A stretch of DNA of 64,000 nucleotides from Candidatus Kerfeldbacteria bacterium (lineage in GTDB: Bacteria > Patescibacteriota > Patescibacteriia > SBBC01 > CAIJZX01): contig JACPSJ010000001.1 of the NCBI GenBank assembly GCA_016193315.1, positions 21,935-85,934 on the forward strand, written 5' to 3'. Positions 9,782-19,664 of the stretch are shown here, one piece after another. A program made the position numbers and the translations under genes. Below the pieces are notes generated by a model that did not search any database, was not told the DNA's origin, and saw nothing but the letters and a program-made list of their open reading frames with translations. Position 1 is the stretch's first letter, and every line of letters starts with the position of its first letter.

Positions 9782-10021
9782 TTGTACCTCCCGCGGTAGG
9801 AATGAACAAAACACCCGGCGGTTCCGCCGGGGCAGTCACTGTCTACGTCGAGAAGTTACTTAGCTCTTAAAGTAAACAAGAATTGGCCCGGCAGAACGCG
9901 TTGAGCGTTCCGGCAGATGATCATGGCGTGGCACTTGGACCAATTCTGGAATTGCATGATGCGAAGAGATTACATGCCTAGTGGCCTACTGTCAAGGGCG
10001 GCGCCGCAGCGTTGTTGGGCT

Positions 10022-10134
10022 CCCCCAACACAAAACCCACCCTATTTTCGGAGGATGATGGTAGTATTGAGACTTGTGGCCAGCAGAAACTCTTAGCTCC
10101 CTCCTAAGGTAGGAGGGGATGACGAGAGGCGCCG
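10022..10134 (+). repeat. structured intergenic element, copy B
   Basis: See copy A. The hairpin ccctcctaaggtaggaggg corresponds to cccctcctcatgagaggagggg in copy A. Confidence 0.5.
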
Positions 10135-10498
10135 TGGGCCGATTACGTCAACTGCAACCGCCGCTTGACTCGCTCAACATCCCGCTCGATCCGGCGAATC
10201 CATTCGGCGGTGAAAACGCGTTCTTGGTCAATACGGGTGACGATGACTAAAGAGTCTGTCCATCACCTCGTGAAATTCATTCTTCGTCAGCATAGTTTTC
10301 TCGATCCGGTCGAATCGCGCATCATGTCGGTCGAACCTAGTATCATGTTCAAAAAGCTTCTTGTATATTGTTGTGAGATCGGGGCGAGCAGCTCGACGCT
10401 TCATTCAGCCACCATACACGAAAAGAGATCGAGCGTCAACTCTAAACGAAAGTTACACTCGCCACCCTTCGACTGGGCTCAGGGTCGCATCAGCTTTG

Positions 10499-12970
10499 TT
10501 AAATAAACGTAACGGATGCGACCCGATCATTCTTCTCCGAGAACCGCATCACCCGCACGCCCTGGGTATCACGGCCCAGCACGGATACTGATTTTAACGG
10601 TGTCCGGATAACTTGCCCCTTCTGTGAGATGACAATCACATCGTTTTGCTCCAATTTGGCATTAACGATGAACCCCGCTACTGTCTTGCCGGTCTTGTCG
10701 GTGATTTTGGCCGTTCGGATACCAATCCCGCCGCGGCCTTGGACCTTGTACTGTTTCAACGGCGTCCGCTTGCCAAAACCATTGGTCATGATGACCAGGA
10801 GTTGTTCGTTTGCTTCGGCCTTACCATCAGTCACTAAATCCATGCCGGCCACCTCGTCGCCCCGGCGGAGCCGAATACCGCGGACGCCGGTGGCAGCCCG
10901 GCCCATGGCCCGAACGTCTTTTTCGCGGAAACGGATAGATTGGCCATTGGCCGAGACAAGAATAATGTCGTCACTGCCGCTCGACGGCTTGACCCAGCGC
11001 AAAGCATCGCCACTTCTGAGCTTAATAGCGATCAGCCCAGAGCGCCGAACACTGGTGAAGGCGTCAATCGCTACTTTCTTGATGACGCCGTTCTTGGTGA
11101 CCATGACCAGGTGTTTGTATGGCTTTAAGTCGGCGACCGACAGAACGGCGGTTACTTTCTCCTCGCTCGTTAACTGCAGGAAGTTGACGAGCGCTTGCCC
11201 GCGGGCCGTGCGTGAGGCGGACGGAATGTCGTAGGCCTTAAGCTGAAAGACGCGGCCGCGGCCGGTAAAAAACAGGATGTCAGCGTGGGTGGTGGTCGAG
11301 AGGAAATGGGTGACCATATCTTCTTCCTTGGTGGTCAAACCGACGACCCCTTTGCCGCCGCGACCTTGGGTTCGGAATAGTTCCGGCGAGACGCGCTTGA
11401 TGTAACCGTCGCGGGTGGTGACGATAATCGTGGCTTCGTTCGGAATCAGATCTTCCTGAGTGAAGGCGCCGACGGCACCGGCCACGATCTCGGTTCGTCG
11501 CGGGTCGGCGTACTGCCGCTTGAGCTCGGTTAGCTCATTCCTGACGAGGCCCAAGATTTTCTTCGGACTGGCCAGCAAGGCTTGTAATTCTTTGATCAGC
11601 GCCAGCTTCTCTTTATGTTCTTGCTCGATCTTCAGGCGTTCAAGGTTAGCCAGCTGCTGCAGGCGCATTTCCAAGATGGCCGTGGCCTGCGGATCGGTGA
11701 GTTTGTATTTTTTGATCAGATTGACCTTGGCCTCGTCGCGGTCCCTTGACTTTTGAATCGTTTTGATAACCTCTTGAATGTGGGCCAGGGCGATGAGTAG
11801 CCCTTGAAGAATGTGGTCGCGCTCCTTGGCGCCTCGGAGCTCAAACTCGGCCCGCCGCCGGGCCACCGTCTGCCGGTGCTTGAGGTACTCTTCCAGCACC
11901 ATCTTCAACGTCAGCACGCGCGGCTGGATACCGTCGACCAAGGCCAGCATGTTGACATGGAACGTCTCTTGCAGCTGGGTCAGCGTGAACAGACGGTTGA
12001 GTACTTTTTTCGGGTAAGCATCTCGCTTCAACTCGATGACGACGCGCACCCCGCCTTTGTTCGATTCATCGCGCAGGTCTTTGATGCCCTCGATTTTCTT
12101 GTCGCGGACGGCGTTAGCGATTTGTTCCAGTAAGGTGGCCTTGTTCACTTGGTAGGGGATGGCGGTGACAATGATATTGAACGCACCACCCTTAGCCTCG
12201 ATGATATCTGTTTTGGCCCGCATCACGATCGCCCCCTTGCCGGTGGCATAGGCGGCTTTGATGTCCTGGCGGTTGTAAATTAAACCGCCGGTCGGGAAAT
12301 CCGGACCCTTGACAAACTCGGTTAGATCATCGGCCGTAGCCTCCGGGCGATCGATCAGATGAATCGAGGCGTCGACCAGTTCACCGAGATTGTGCGGCGG
12401 GATATTGGTGGCCATGCCGACGGCGATGCCGACCGTACCGTTGAGGAGCAGATTCGGCAATTTGGCCGGCAGGACCCGCGGCTCATGCTGCGAACCGTCG
12501 TAGTTGGGAACGAAGTCCACGGTTTGCTTATCGATGTCGACCAGCAGTTCCGCCGCCATCCGATCAAGCCGCGCTTCGGTATAGCGCATGGCGGCCGCCC
12601 CATCACCATCCATCGAGCCGAAATTCCCCTGACCGTCGATCAGGGGGTAGCGCATGGCAAAGTCTTGGGCCAGCCGAACCATGGCGTCATAGACGGCGAT
12701 GTCGCCGTGGGGATGGTACTTACCGAGGACTTCACCGACCACCGTCGCCGACTTGCGGTACTTCGCGCCAGGCCGCAAACCGATGTCCCACATGGCGTAG
12801 AGAATGCGCCGCTGGACCGGCTTCAGGCCGTCGCGAACGTCCGGCAAAGCCCGCGCCACGATGACGCTCATGGCGTAATCGAGGTAGGACTCTTGCATTT
12901 CGGTTACCAACGGCCGGGGCGCAACGGTGCCGATGGCAAACGATGGGCGTGATTCAGGGGTGGTGGGCAT
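10499..12970 (-). CDS. gyrA: DNA gyrase subunit A
   Basis: [22 protein letters not shown]...catalytic-Tyr region AMRYTEARL; C-terminal beta-pinwheel repeats. Confidence 0.95.
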   Translation of the reverse strand: MPTTPESRPSFAIGTVAPRPLVTEMQESYLDYAMSVIVARALPDVRDGLKPVQRRILYAMWDIGLRPGAKYRKSATVVGEVLGKYHPHGDIAVYDAMVRLAQDFAMRYPLIDGQGNFGSMDGDGAAAMRYTEARLDRMAAELLVDIDKQTVDFVPNYDGSQHEPRVLPAKLPNLLLNGTVGIAVGMATNIPPHNLGELVDASIHLIDRPEATADDLTEFVKGPDFPTGGLIYNRQDIKAAYATGKGAIVMRAKTDIIEAKGGAFNIIVTAIPYQVNKATLLEQIANAVRDKKIEGIKDLRDESNKGGVRVVIELKRDAYPKKVLNRLFTLTQLQETFHVNMLALVDGIQPRVLTLKMVLEEYLKHRQTVARRRAEFELRGAKERDHILQGLLIALAHIQEVIKTIQKSRDRDEAKVNLIKKYKLTDPQATAILEMRLQQLANLERLKIEQEHKEKLALIKELQALLASPKKILGLVRNELTELKRQYADPRRTEIVAGAVGAFTQEDLIPNEATIIVTTRDGYIKRVSPELFRTQGRGGKGVVGLTTKEEDMVTHFLSTTTHADILFFTGRGRVFQLKAYDIPSASRTARGQALVNFLQLTSEEKVTAVLSVADLKPYKHLVMVTKNGVIKKVAIDAFTSVRRSGLIAIKLRSGDALRWVKPSSGSDDIILVSANGQSIRFREKDVRAMGRAATGVRGIRLRRGDEVAGMDLVTDGKAEANEQLLVIMTNGFGKRTPLKQYKVQGRGGIGIRTAKITDKTGKTVAGFIVNAKLEQNDVIVISQKGQVIRTPLKSVSVLGRDTQGVRVMRFSEKNDRVASVTFI

Positions 12971-12979
12971 GGGAGTCGA

Positions 12980-13429
12980 TTACGGCTGGAATTGCGGGAA
13001 GACTCGTCGCTCCAGTTGGCGGATTTCTTGATCGTTCGCCGAGGAGGTGGTGGCCGGCGGTAGCTTGACGGTCCGGAACAGTTGCGCCAAGTCAGTCAAG
13101 ATGTTCGGCGGTCGGCCGGTCTGACGCAACTCGTTCCCCAGGTTCATCGCCCAGCCCAGGACGACGACCGTCATCACACCCAGAACGAGGCCCCACATCA
13201 GGCGCCGACGGCGTTCGATGGGCCACTGCTCAACTGGTTGCCGTAACGCCGCGGCGACTGGCGCCCGGGGGGCCGGCTTGGGCGACTCAATTCGTTTCGT
13301 GCCCGCGGTCGACAGCCCGGACCGGTTCGTTTTCACCGTCGGCCTAGGGTGGCGTGGAGTCATGGCGACCGTCACCTTGATCGGGACGGCCGCGGGCGAC
13401 GATCGCTTGGTCGATTTTCTGGTAGTCAT
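12980..13429 (-). CDS. hypothetical single-pass membrane protein
   Basis: One TM helix (LMWGLVLGVMTVVVLGWAM); basic N-terminus. Confidence 0.4.
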   Translation of the reverse strand: MTTRKSTKRSSPAAVPIKVTVAMTPRHPRPTVKTNRSGLSTAGTKRIESPKPAPRAPVAAALRQPVEQWPIERRRRLMWGLVLGVMTVVVLGWAMNLGNELRQTGRPPNILTDLAQLFRTVKLPPATTSSANDQEIRQLERRVFPQFQP

Positions 13430-13505
13430 CCCGTTAGAGCGAGCTTTGTTAAGCGGTCAGGAGCTTAATACTGTGAGAGACAATCCATGTCGCGTTCAAA
13501 CGGGA

Positions 13506-14114
13506 TTATGGCTGCAGAACGACAACTTGAGTTTCTTCGGCCGGCAGGTCCTTGGTGGTTATTTTCAATTTCGGTATTGGACTGATGTTCTTGGCCCCGA
13601 ACTCTTTCAGGAACGGATCGACGGCGGCGTAGGAAAAGCGGCTGCCGGCGAAATGGTATTGAATTGGAACGACTACCCGCGGTTCGATTTGGCTGATCAG
13701 CGCCGCCGCTTGCTCGGCATTGAGTACCCGCTTGCCCCCGACCGGTACGAACAGGATGTCGACACCCTCCAGTTGCGACAACTCGCCGTTGTCGAGCTGG
13801 TGGTTAAGGTCGGCCACGTGGCCGAGGCTTAAACCCTCGGCTTCGATCCGCCAGTGCACCCGGCCGGATTCTGAGGGTAATGCCAGGCCGTAGAAAAATA
13901 ACCCCAGCAGTTCGTATTCGCCAGGAGTATTGATGACCAACGGCTGCCCCGTTACCAACGAGCGGTCGCGATGTTCGGCTTGCGACAACGCCACCACGTC
14001 AGCCGCCAGCTGGCCGGGCTTACTTCCGGTCTCGGCTGCCGGCGGGTCGACCACGGCCGAGGCCGCTTTCGTTTGGATCCGTAAACCCGCTTCTCCGAGC
14101 CAAGAAATCAGCAT
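13506..14114 (-). CDS. MBL-fold metallo-hydrolase (Lactamase_B_3-like)
   Basis: MLISWLGEAGLRIQT start and a histidine-rich beta-lactamase-fold pattern (HWRIEAEG..., GHVAD..., ILFVPVGG). Confidence 0.65.
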   Translation of the reverse strand: MLISWLGEAGLRIQTKAASAVVDPPAAETGSKPGQLAADVVALSQAEHRDRSLVTGQPLVINTPGEYELLGLFFYGLALPSESGRVHWRIEAEGLSLGHVADLNHQLDNGELSQLEGVDILFVPVGGKRVLNAEQAAALISQIEPRVVVPIQYHFAGSRFSYAAVDPFLKEFGAKNISPIPKLKITTKDLPAEETQVVVLQP

Positions 14115-14214
14115 AAAAACCAGACAGTCGACATAGCGATAATGCCCTTAGTCTAGCAGAAAAACAGACTTGTGGCAAATGTCTCGCCGTCGTACCGGCC
14201 GGCTAGAAACCTGG

Positions 14215-15075
14215 TTAGATCGGCAGCTCGTGGACCTGGCTTGAGTCAGGTGGTTCCACCGGCTGAGCGGACGGCGGTGTGGCTGGCGGGAGAGTTGAGG
14301 GTCGGGATTCGGCCGCCGGCAATGACGAAGTTGGCGGCCGTACAGTTTCCGTGCCCCGGTCGTCTTTCGTCGGCACCCGGCCAGTTTGAATCCCGCCCAT
14401 CAGCGGAGCGGCCACCGGGCGATGGGTAGACCCGACCGGTTGACCTTGACCGAGGCCCGCACCGGCCGGACCAGGGCGATTTGACCAACCGGTTGGCTGT
14501 CCGGGCAACGGCTCTGGTTCCAGAAACGCCGGCTGAACACCGCTCGTGGCAGCCATCCGGCCATGCTGAATGCCCAGCCGTTCACGGACCATGGCCATCG
14601 CCTGTTCGTGGCTCGGACGGGCCGGGGTAGTTTCGGTTGGCGGCGGAGCCGGAGCGGCCGCGGGTAGCGATTCTTTCAGCAGCCGTTTCGCCTGTTCGGT
14701 CTCATGCCCTGGCGGGTTGAGACCGGAACGCAACTTCGTTCCCTGTTCATGGGCCATCTTTAAAAAACCTCGGCTGTAGCGCCCGATTTCTTCCTTCGTC
14801 TTCAGGGTTCGCTCGTCCTTAAGCTGTCGGAGGAAGTAGGCTTGTTCTTTGTCCTCCACCCGGGCTGGTCGGGTCTGCCGGAGCTGTCGCTTAAACGATT
14901 CGGGAATGTATTTCTCAAACCCCCGCTTGATCAACTCCTGTTTGGCGGCCGGCGTCAACTGCTTCGGCCGATACGACGGTCGGAGCTGACGGGGCGGCTG
15001 CAGACGGCTGGGCACGTAACTTCGTCTCAGTGCCGGCCGACCAGAGAATCGAATGAATCGGTCGAGCATGGTCAA
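14215..15075 (-). CDS. hypothetical Pro/Ala-rich protein
   Basis: Long ORF with a basic structured N-terminal half and a low-complexity Pro-rich C-terminal half. Confidence 0.35.
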   Translation of the reverse strand: MTMLDRFIRFSGRPALRRSYVPSRLQPPRQLRPSYRPKQLTPAAKQELIKRGFEKYIPESFKRQLRQTRPARVEDKEQAYFLRQLKDERTLKTKEEIGRYSRGFLKMAHEQGTKLRSGLNPPGHETEQAKRLLKESLPAAAPAPPPTETTPARPSHEQAMAMVRERLGIQHGRMAATSGVQPAFLEPEPLPGQPTGWSNRPGPAGAGLGQGQPVGSTHRPVAAPLMGGIQTGRVPTKDDRGTETVRPPTSSLPAAESRPSTLPPATPPSAQPVEPPDSSQVHELPI

Positions 15076-15317
15076 AAGAAAAACCCGATATCACAATTAG
15101 ACCAGGACCGCAAGGAATTGTCAAAGGAACGGCCATCCTTGATTGCATAGTTTGTCTATAGTATACTTTCAGCGCTGTTGTTTCTATATCAGACGCTACT
15201 TATCAGCCCCCGGCGGTAACCCAACCTATCGGTTGGTCAGCGTCGCCGGGACCATGGTCGTGTTTTTGCCCAGCCCGTTTGCGGCCGAACAGCACGCCAG
15301 GGTTGAACAATCTATTC

Positions 15318-16532
15318 ATGAACACGCCTTCATCCCTGCCAACATCCGAGATGGAGCGTTTGTTGCACGATGCTTCGCTGCCGCAGCTGCCCAAGGTCGG
15401 CGATATCGTCCAGGGCACGATACTTAGTATCTCGAAGAACGAAGCCATTGTTGATATCGACCGCATCACCACTGGCGTGGTGCGGGGGCGCGAGTTGTTC
15501 GACGAATCAGGGGAGTATACGGACCTGAAAGTTGGGGACGAAGTTCACGCCACGGTTCTCGAATTGGAGAACGAGAACGGCCAGATGGAACTGTCGTTCC
15601 GCTCGGCCGGCCACCAGAAAGCGTGGGACGAGCTGACGCGCCTGATGAACTCCGGCGAAGTGGTTGAGGTGCCGGCGGCCGATGCTAACCGCGGCGGGTT
15701 GATGGTCCTGGTCGGCCGGATCGAAGGCTTCCTACCGGTCTCGCAACTAACGCCCGAGCACTACCCGCGAGTCGAGGGCGGCGACAAATCGCGGATTCTA
15801 GAATTGCTCCAGAAATTCATCGGCCACAACTTGCGGGTCAAGGTGATCGATGTCAACGAAGGCGAGGGAAAGTTGATTGTCTCCGAGAAGTCGGCCTGGG
15901 CGAAGGAACATGCCCAAATCGTGGCTGGCTACAACGTCGGCGACGTGGTCGATGGGGCGGTGACCGGTGTGGTCGACTTCGGCGCCTTCGTTGAATTCGG
16001 CCAGCACCTCGAGGGCTTGATCCACATTTCGGAATTGGCCTGGCAGCGGGTGGAAAACCCGCGCGATCTGGTCAAGCCCGGTGACCGGCTGAAGGCGATG
16101 ATCATCGGCATCGAGGGAACCAAAATCTCCTTGTCGTTGAAACGCCTAAAGGAGGATCCTTGGAAGAAGGCCGTCGAAAAATACCAAGTCGGACAGGTAG
16201 TGACCGGAAAAGTCCTCAAACTCAATCCCTTCGGCGCCTTCGTAGAGCTGGATGCGGAAATTCACGGCCTGGCTCATATCTCCGAGCTGTCTAAAAAAAC
16301 CGTCCACTCACCGGCCGAAGTGCTGAAAGCCGGCGACAGTCGCGAGTTCAAAATCATCTCCATCGAACCGGAAGCGCACCGACTGGGGTTGTCTATCAAG
16401 GCCCTGGAAGAAGAACGCGGGTTGGCGACCGCCGAGGGTGAACGAGTGAGCGATCCGGCCTTGGCCGGCATCAGTCTGGAAGAATCCGTGCCCACGGGAG
16501 CGGCGGAAGAAAACAAGGCTCAAGAAACGTAG
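15318..16532 (+). CDS. rpsA: 30S ribosomal protein S1, short four-S1-domain form
   Basis: Four S1 repeats (VGDIVQGTILSI..., GEVVEVPAAD..., VGDVVDGAVTGVVDFGAFVEF...HISEL, VGQVVTGKVLKLNPFGAFVEL...HISEL). Start uncertain: 15279, 15318 or 15357. Confidence 0.85.
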   Translation: MNTPSSLPTSEMERLLHDASLPQLPKVGDIVQGTILSISKNEAIVDIDRITTGVVRGRELFDESGEYTDLKVGDEVHATVLELENENGQMELSFRSAGHQKAWDELTRLMNSGEVVEVPAADANRGGLMVLVGRIEGFLPVSQLTPEHYPRVEGGDKSRILELLQKFIGHNLRVKVIDVNEGEGKLIVSEKSAWAKEHAQIVAGYNVGDVVDGAVTGVVDFGAFVEFGQHLEGLIHISELAWQRVENPRDLVKPGDRLKAMIIGIEGTKISLSLKRLKEDPWKKAVEKYQVGQVVTGKVLKLNPFGAFVELDAEIHGLAHISELSKKTVHSPAEVLKAGDSREFKIISIEPEAHRLGLSIKALEEERGLATAEGERVSDPALAGISLEESVPTGAAEENKAQET

Positions 16533-16542
16533 GCTGGATAAC

Positions 16543-16616
16543 CCCGCCGCGCCCGTCTTGGACCTCCTCACCTAGCCTCTCCTCTAAGCGGAGAGGAAAT
16601 AGGAGGAGCGCGGCGG
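16543..16616 (+). terminator. large GC hairpin downstream of rpsA, a terminator or structured element
   Basis: ccgccgcgc...cctctcctctaagcggagagg...aggaggagcgcggcgg nested inverted repeats. Confidence 0.35.
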
Positions 16617-16643
16617 ACCAATCTCGCAGAATGTGCTCCTGAC

Positions 16644-17309
16644 ATGTCGTTAATTACGCTCAATCACATCACCAAGTCGTTCGCCGTCGGCGAAAGCCAA
16701 TTTCGAGCACTTGATAACGTTAGCTTGTCGGTTGAACCCGGAGAATTTGTGGCCATCATGGGCCCGTCCGGTTCGGGCAAGTCAACACTGATGAATATCA
16801 TCGGGCTGCTAGATCGCCCCAGCAGTGGCGAGTACCGACTTGACGGCCGGCCGGCGTCAACAACAATGTCTGATCGGCAGCAAGCCAGACTGCGGAGTGA
16901 GTTTATCGGTTTCATTTTTCAGAATTTCAATCTTCTGCCGAACGTCGACGTCCTGGCCAACGTCCTCCTGCCGGCGATGTACAGTCGTGACCAGCGCGAC
17001 AGTAAACAGCGGGCTGAGCGCCTGCTCCAAGAAGTTGGCCTCGGCCACCGACTGCGTTATCAACCGAACAAGTTGTCCGGCGGCGAGAAACAGCGTGTCG
17101 CCATCGCCCGGGCGTTGATGAATAACCCGAAGGTCATCTTGGCTGACGAGCCGACGGGCAACCTTGATTCAAAGTCTGGACAGGAGGTTATGAAACTGCT
17201 GACCGCGCAGCGTCATCGCGGTACGACGCTCCTGCTAGTAACGCACAACCACGATTTGGCTCGCCTGGCCGATCGGGTGATTCAGCTGATGGACGGTCGG
17301 ATTGTTTGA
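16644..17309 (+). CDS. ABC transporter ATP-binding protein (MacB/LolD/FtsE-like)
   Basis: Walker [10 protein letters not shown], signature [15 protein letters not shown], Walker [12 protein letters not shown]. Confidence 0.9.
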   Translation: MSLITLNHITKSFAVGESQFRALDNVSLSVEPGEFVAIMGPSGSGKSTLMNIIGLLDRPSSGEYRLDGRPASTTMSDRQQARLRSEFIGFIFQNFNLLPNVDVLANVLLPAMYSRDQRDSKQRAERLLQEVGLGHRLRYQPNKLSGGEKQRVAIARALMNNPKVILADEPTGNLDSKSGQEVMKLLTAQRHRGTTLLLVTHNHDLARLADRVIQLMDGRIV

Positions 17310-18532
17310 CCATGTCTTTAGTTCTGGCCACTGCGGTCCGGTCCATCTGGTCGAAGAAGACGAGATCGTTCTTGACCATGCTCGGGGTGATCATCGGCGT
17401 GGCGCAAATTATTGCCCTGATCGGACTCGGGCAGGGCGTAAAACAATCTGTGGCCGATGAAGTAACGCAACTCGGGACTAACGTCTTGTTCGTCTTGCCG
17501 GGCAAACTGCAAGACGCCGAGGGCGGATTCAATCCGGCCGCCTCAGTCGGCGCTTCGACCCTGACCGAGAAAGATCTGGAAAATCTCCGGGCCCTGCCGG
17601 AAATTACAACCCTGACCCCGGTCTCGCTGTTGGCTGGCATTCCAACGGCCGGTCAACGTTCGGCGTTGGGGACACTGACGGTGGCGGTTGAGCCGGATTA
17701 CTTCGAGGTTGTCACCACCATTCGACTGACCGCCGGTCAAAAGTTCAACGCCGACGACAATCGTCAGCAGCGACGCGTGATCATGCTTGGTCGCGCGGCC
17801 CAACGATCACTCTTTCCGAACACCGTGGCCAAAGACATCGTCGGGCGGTCAGTCGCGATCGGCAAAGAAACTTTTGAGGTCATTGGTGTGCTGGCGACTG
17901 ACCAGTCAACTTCGATCTTCGGTGGGCAGACGTTCGACAACATGGTTTTCATGCCCTACCTGACTGGCAAGGCGACCAACGAAAACGTTCAGATTTTTCG
18001 GATGGTCATGAAGATTGATCCCGATCAAGACGTCAAAGCGTTTGCCCAGAAGGTTCATCAGTTGTTGAAGGACGAACACGGCGCTGATGACATTACGGTT
18101 TTCACGCAAGCAGACCTGCTCAAGGTGGTCGATGATATTCTCGGACTCATCACGAAGGCCATCGTCGGCCTGGCTTCGATTTCGCTCATCGTCGGCGGCA
18201 TCGGCATCATGAACATCATGCTGGTGGCGGTGTCCGAACGAACCAAAGAGATCGGCTTGCGAAAAGCTGTGGGCGCTACTCGTCAAGCCATTCTGTGGCA
18301 ATTCCTGGTCGAATCAGCCGCCATCTCCTTGATCGGCGGGGCCATTGGTGTCGGCCTGGCGGCGGTGGGCGGGGTTTTCAGTCAGGCTAAGGCGAACTTG
18401 CCGATCGTCATCAACCTGAATTCGATTGTGATCGCCACCGGCTTTTCGCTTGGCGTCGGCGTGATCTTCGGGCTGCTGCCGGCGATTCGGGCGGCACGTA
18501 AAGACCCGATTGAGGCTCTGCGCTACGAGTAG
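17306..18532 (+). CDS. ABC transporter permease, FtsX/MacB-type
   Basis: N-terminal TM, large periplasmic domain, C-terminal FtsX four-TM region with a conserved ...ERTKEIGLRKAVGA... motif; 4-bp overlap with the ATPase. Confidence 0.9.
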   Translation: MTMSLVLATAVRSIWSKKTRSFLTMLGVIIGVAQIIALIGLGQGVKQSVADEVTQLGTNVLFVLPGKLQDAEGGFNPAASVGASTLTEKDLENLRALPEITTLTPVSLLAGIPTAGQRSALGTLTVAVEPDYFEVVTTIRLTAGQKFNADDNRQQRRVIMLGRAAQRSLFPNTVAKDIVGRSVAIGKETFEVIGVLATDQSTSIFGGQTFDNMVFMPYLTGKATNENVQIFRMVMKIDPDQDVKAFAQKVHQLLKDEHGADDITVFTQADLLKVVDDILGLITKAIVGLASISLIVGGIGIMNIMLVAVSERTKEIGLRKAVGATRQAILWQFLVESAAISLIGGAIGVGLAAVGGVFSQAKANLPIVINLNSIVIATGFSLGVGVIFGLLPAIRAARKDPIEALRYE

Positions 18533-18536
18533 GATA

Positions 18537-18572
18537 CCCCACAGCGTGGGTTTCAAACCCACGCTGTGGGGG
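18537..18572 (+). terminator. hairpin terminator candidate after the ABC permease
   Basis: ccccacagcgtgggtttcaaacccacgctgtggggg, a 14-bp stem. Confidence 0.45.
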
Positions 18573-18597
18573 CCACATGGATTCCTCATCGGCCATA

Positions 18598-18624
18598 GAA
18601 AAACCCCGCTCGATGATGAGCGGG
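18598..18624 (-). terminator. intrinsic terminator of the 18642..19217 gene
   Basis: Reverse complement reads cccgctcatcatcgagcggggttttt. Confidence 0.5.
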
Positions 18625-18641
18625 CCAGGTAGAATCCTAGG

Positions 18642-19217
18642 TTACCACCTGATTCTCCCGGGTGATTGACGCCGCGGTAGGGTGCGTTTTTCTCGGCGCA
18701 GCTGAAGTAGTTCGCGGCGGAGGATGGTCACTTGGCCTCGGCGGCAGACCCTGAGGTACGTGAAGTACTGTGGCGGCACCCAGCGGAGGTACCAGTCCTT
18801 AATCACGGCCAGCGCTTTTCGTTGAGGGAAAAGACGCCGGTAGCGCTCGGCCCGCGGTCGATCGATTGACCGTGGGCAAGGCTTAAGCCGCTGCGGGTCA
18901 AAAGTGCGCCGATACTCCACCCACTGAACGCTACCGGGCGGCAACCACTCGTCGAGGAGCTGCTGTAAGACCTCCTCCGGGGTGGCATTGGCAAACACCG
19001 CATGCCATTCGGCTTCCAGTCGGCGCGGCAGGACGGCCAGATTGGTACCATCCAGACTTGCTCGCGAACGCGGCACGAGGTGATGACGAACATACGACGG
19101 GATTGGCCGGTGAGCCATGACGCCTCCTGGTGGAGAGTAGTGGAGAGTAGAAGTAGGGTGCAACCAAGCGAGTCCGAGGACAGCGTCGATGCTAACAAAC
19201 GTCCTCAACGCCGTCAA
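18642..19217 (-). CDS. hypothetical protein, divergent from the pilus operon
   Basis: ORF of 191 aa; basic, no recognisable motif; true start may be the internal MAHRP. Confidence 0.4.
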   Translation of the reverse strand: MTALRTFVSIDAVLGLAWLHPTSTLHYSPPGGVMAHRPIPSYVRHHLVPRSRASLDGTNLAVLPRRLEAEWHAVFANATPEEVLQQLLDEWLPPGSVQWVEYRRTFDPQRLKPCPRSIDRPRAERYRRLFPQRKALAVIKDWYLRWVPPQYFTYLRVCRRGQVTILRRELLQLRREKRTLPRRQSPGRIRW

Positions 19218-19248
19218 TGAACGCGCTCGCTGGCATCGGGTTGGTGAG

Positions 19249-19283
19249 TTGGAATTGCCCGCGGCCTATGGTAATCTAGAGGC
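19249..19283 (+). promoter_or_regulatory. sigma70-like promoter candidate for the response-regulator/pil operon
   Basis: -35 TTGGAA, 17-nt spacer, TGgTAATCT (TG-extended -10) ending 3 nt before the ATG at 19287. Confidence 0.35.
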
Positions 19284-19286
19284 GCC

Positions 19287-19664
19287 ATGCCGGCTAAAAC
19301 ACCGAAGAACATTCTGATTGTTGAAGACGAAAAACCAACGGCCCAAGCTCTCCAACTGAAGCTGCAACGAAGCGGCTTTGCGGCGGCCATCGTCACTAAC
19401 GGTACCGACGCACTCGAAGCCTTGCTGCAACGCCGGTACTCACTAATCATTCTTGACCTCATCGTCCCGCAGCTAGACGGTTTCAGCTTTCTGGCGGCGA
19501 TGAAAGATCGCGGCGACCCGACGCCGGTCATCGTAGTCAGCAACCTCAGTCAGCCGGAAGATATGGCTCGGGCCGCCGAACTCGGCGCCAAGCATTTCTT
19601 CGTCAAGTCAGAAACAACCCTGGCGGCGATCGTCAACGCCATCAAGAAAACCCTGACGCCATGA
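19287..19664 (+). CDS. single-domain response regulator (CheY-like receiver)
   Basis: Receiver-domain motifs: ILIVEDE acidic pocket, phospho-acceptor IILDL(D), T/S at VIVVS, K at FFVKS. Confidence 0.85.
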   Translation: MPAKTPKNILIVEDEKPTAQALQLKLQRSGFAAAIVTNGTDALEALLQRRYSLIILDLIVPQLDGFSFLAAMKDRGDPTPVIVVSNLSQPEDMARAAELGAKHFFVKSETTLAAIVNAIKKTLTP

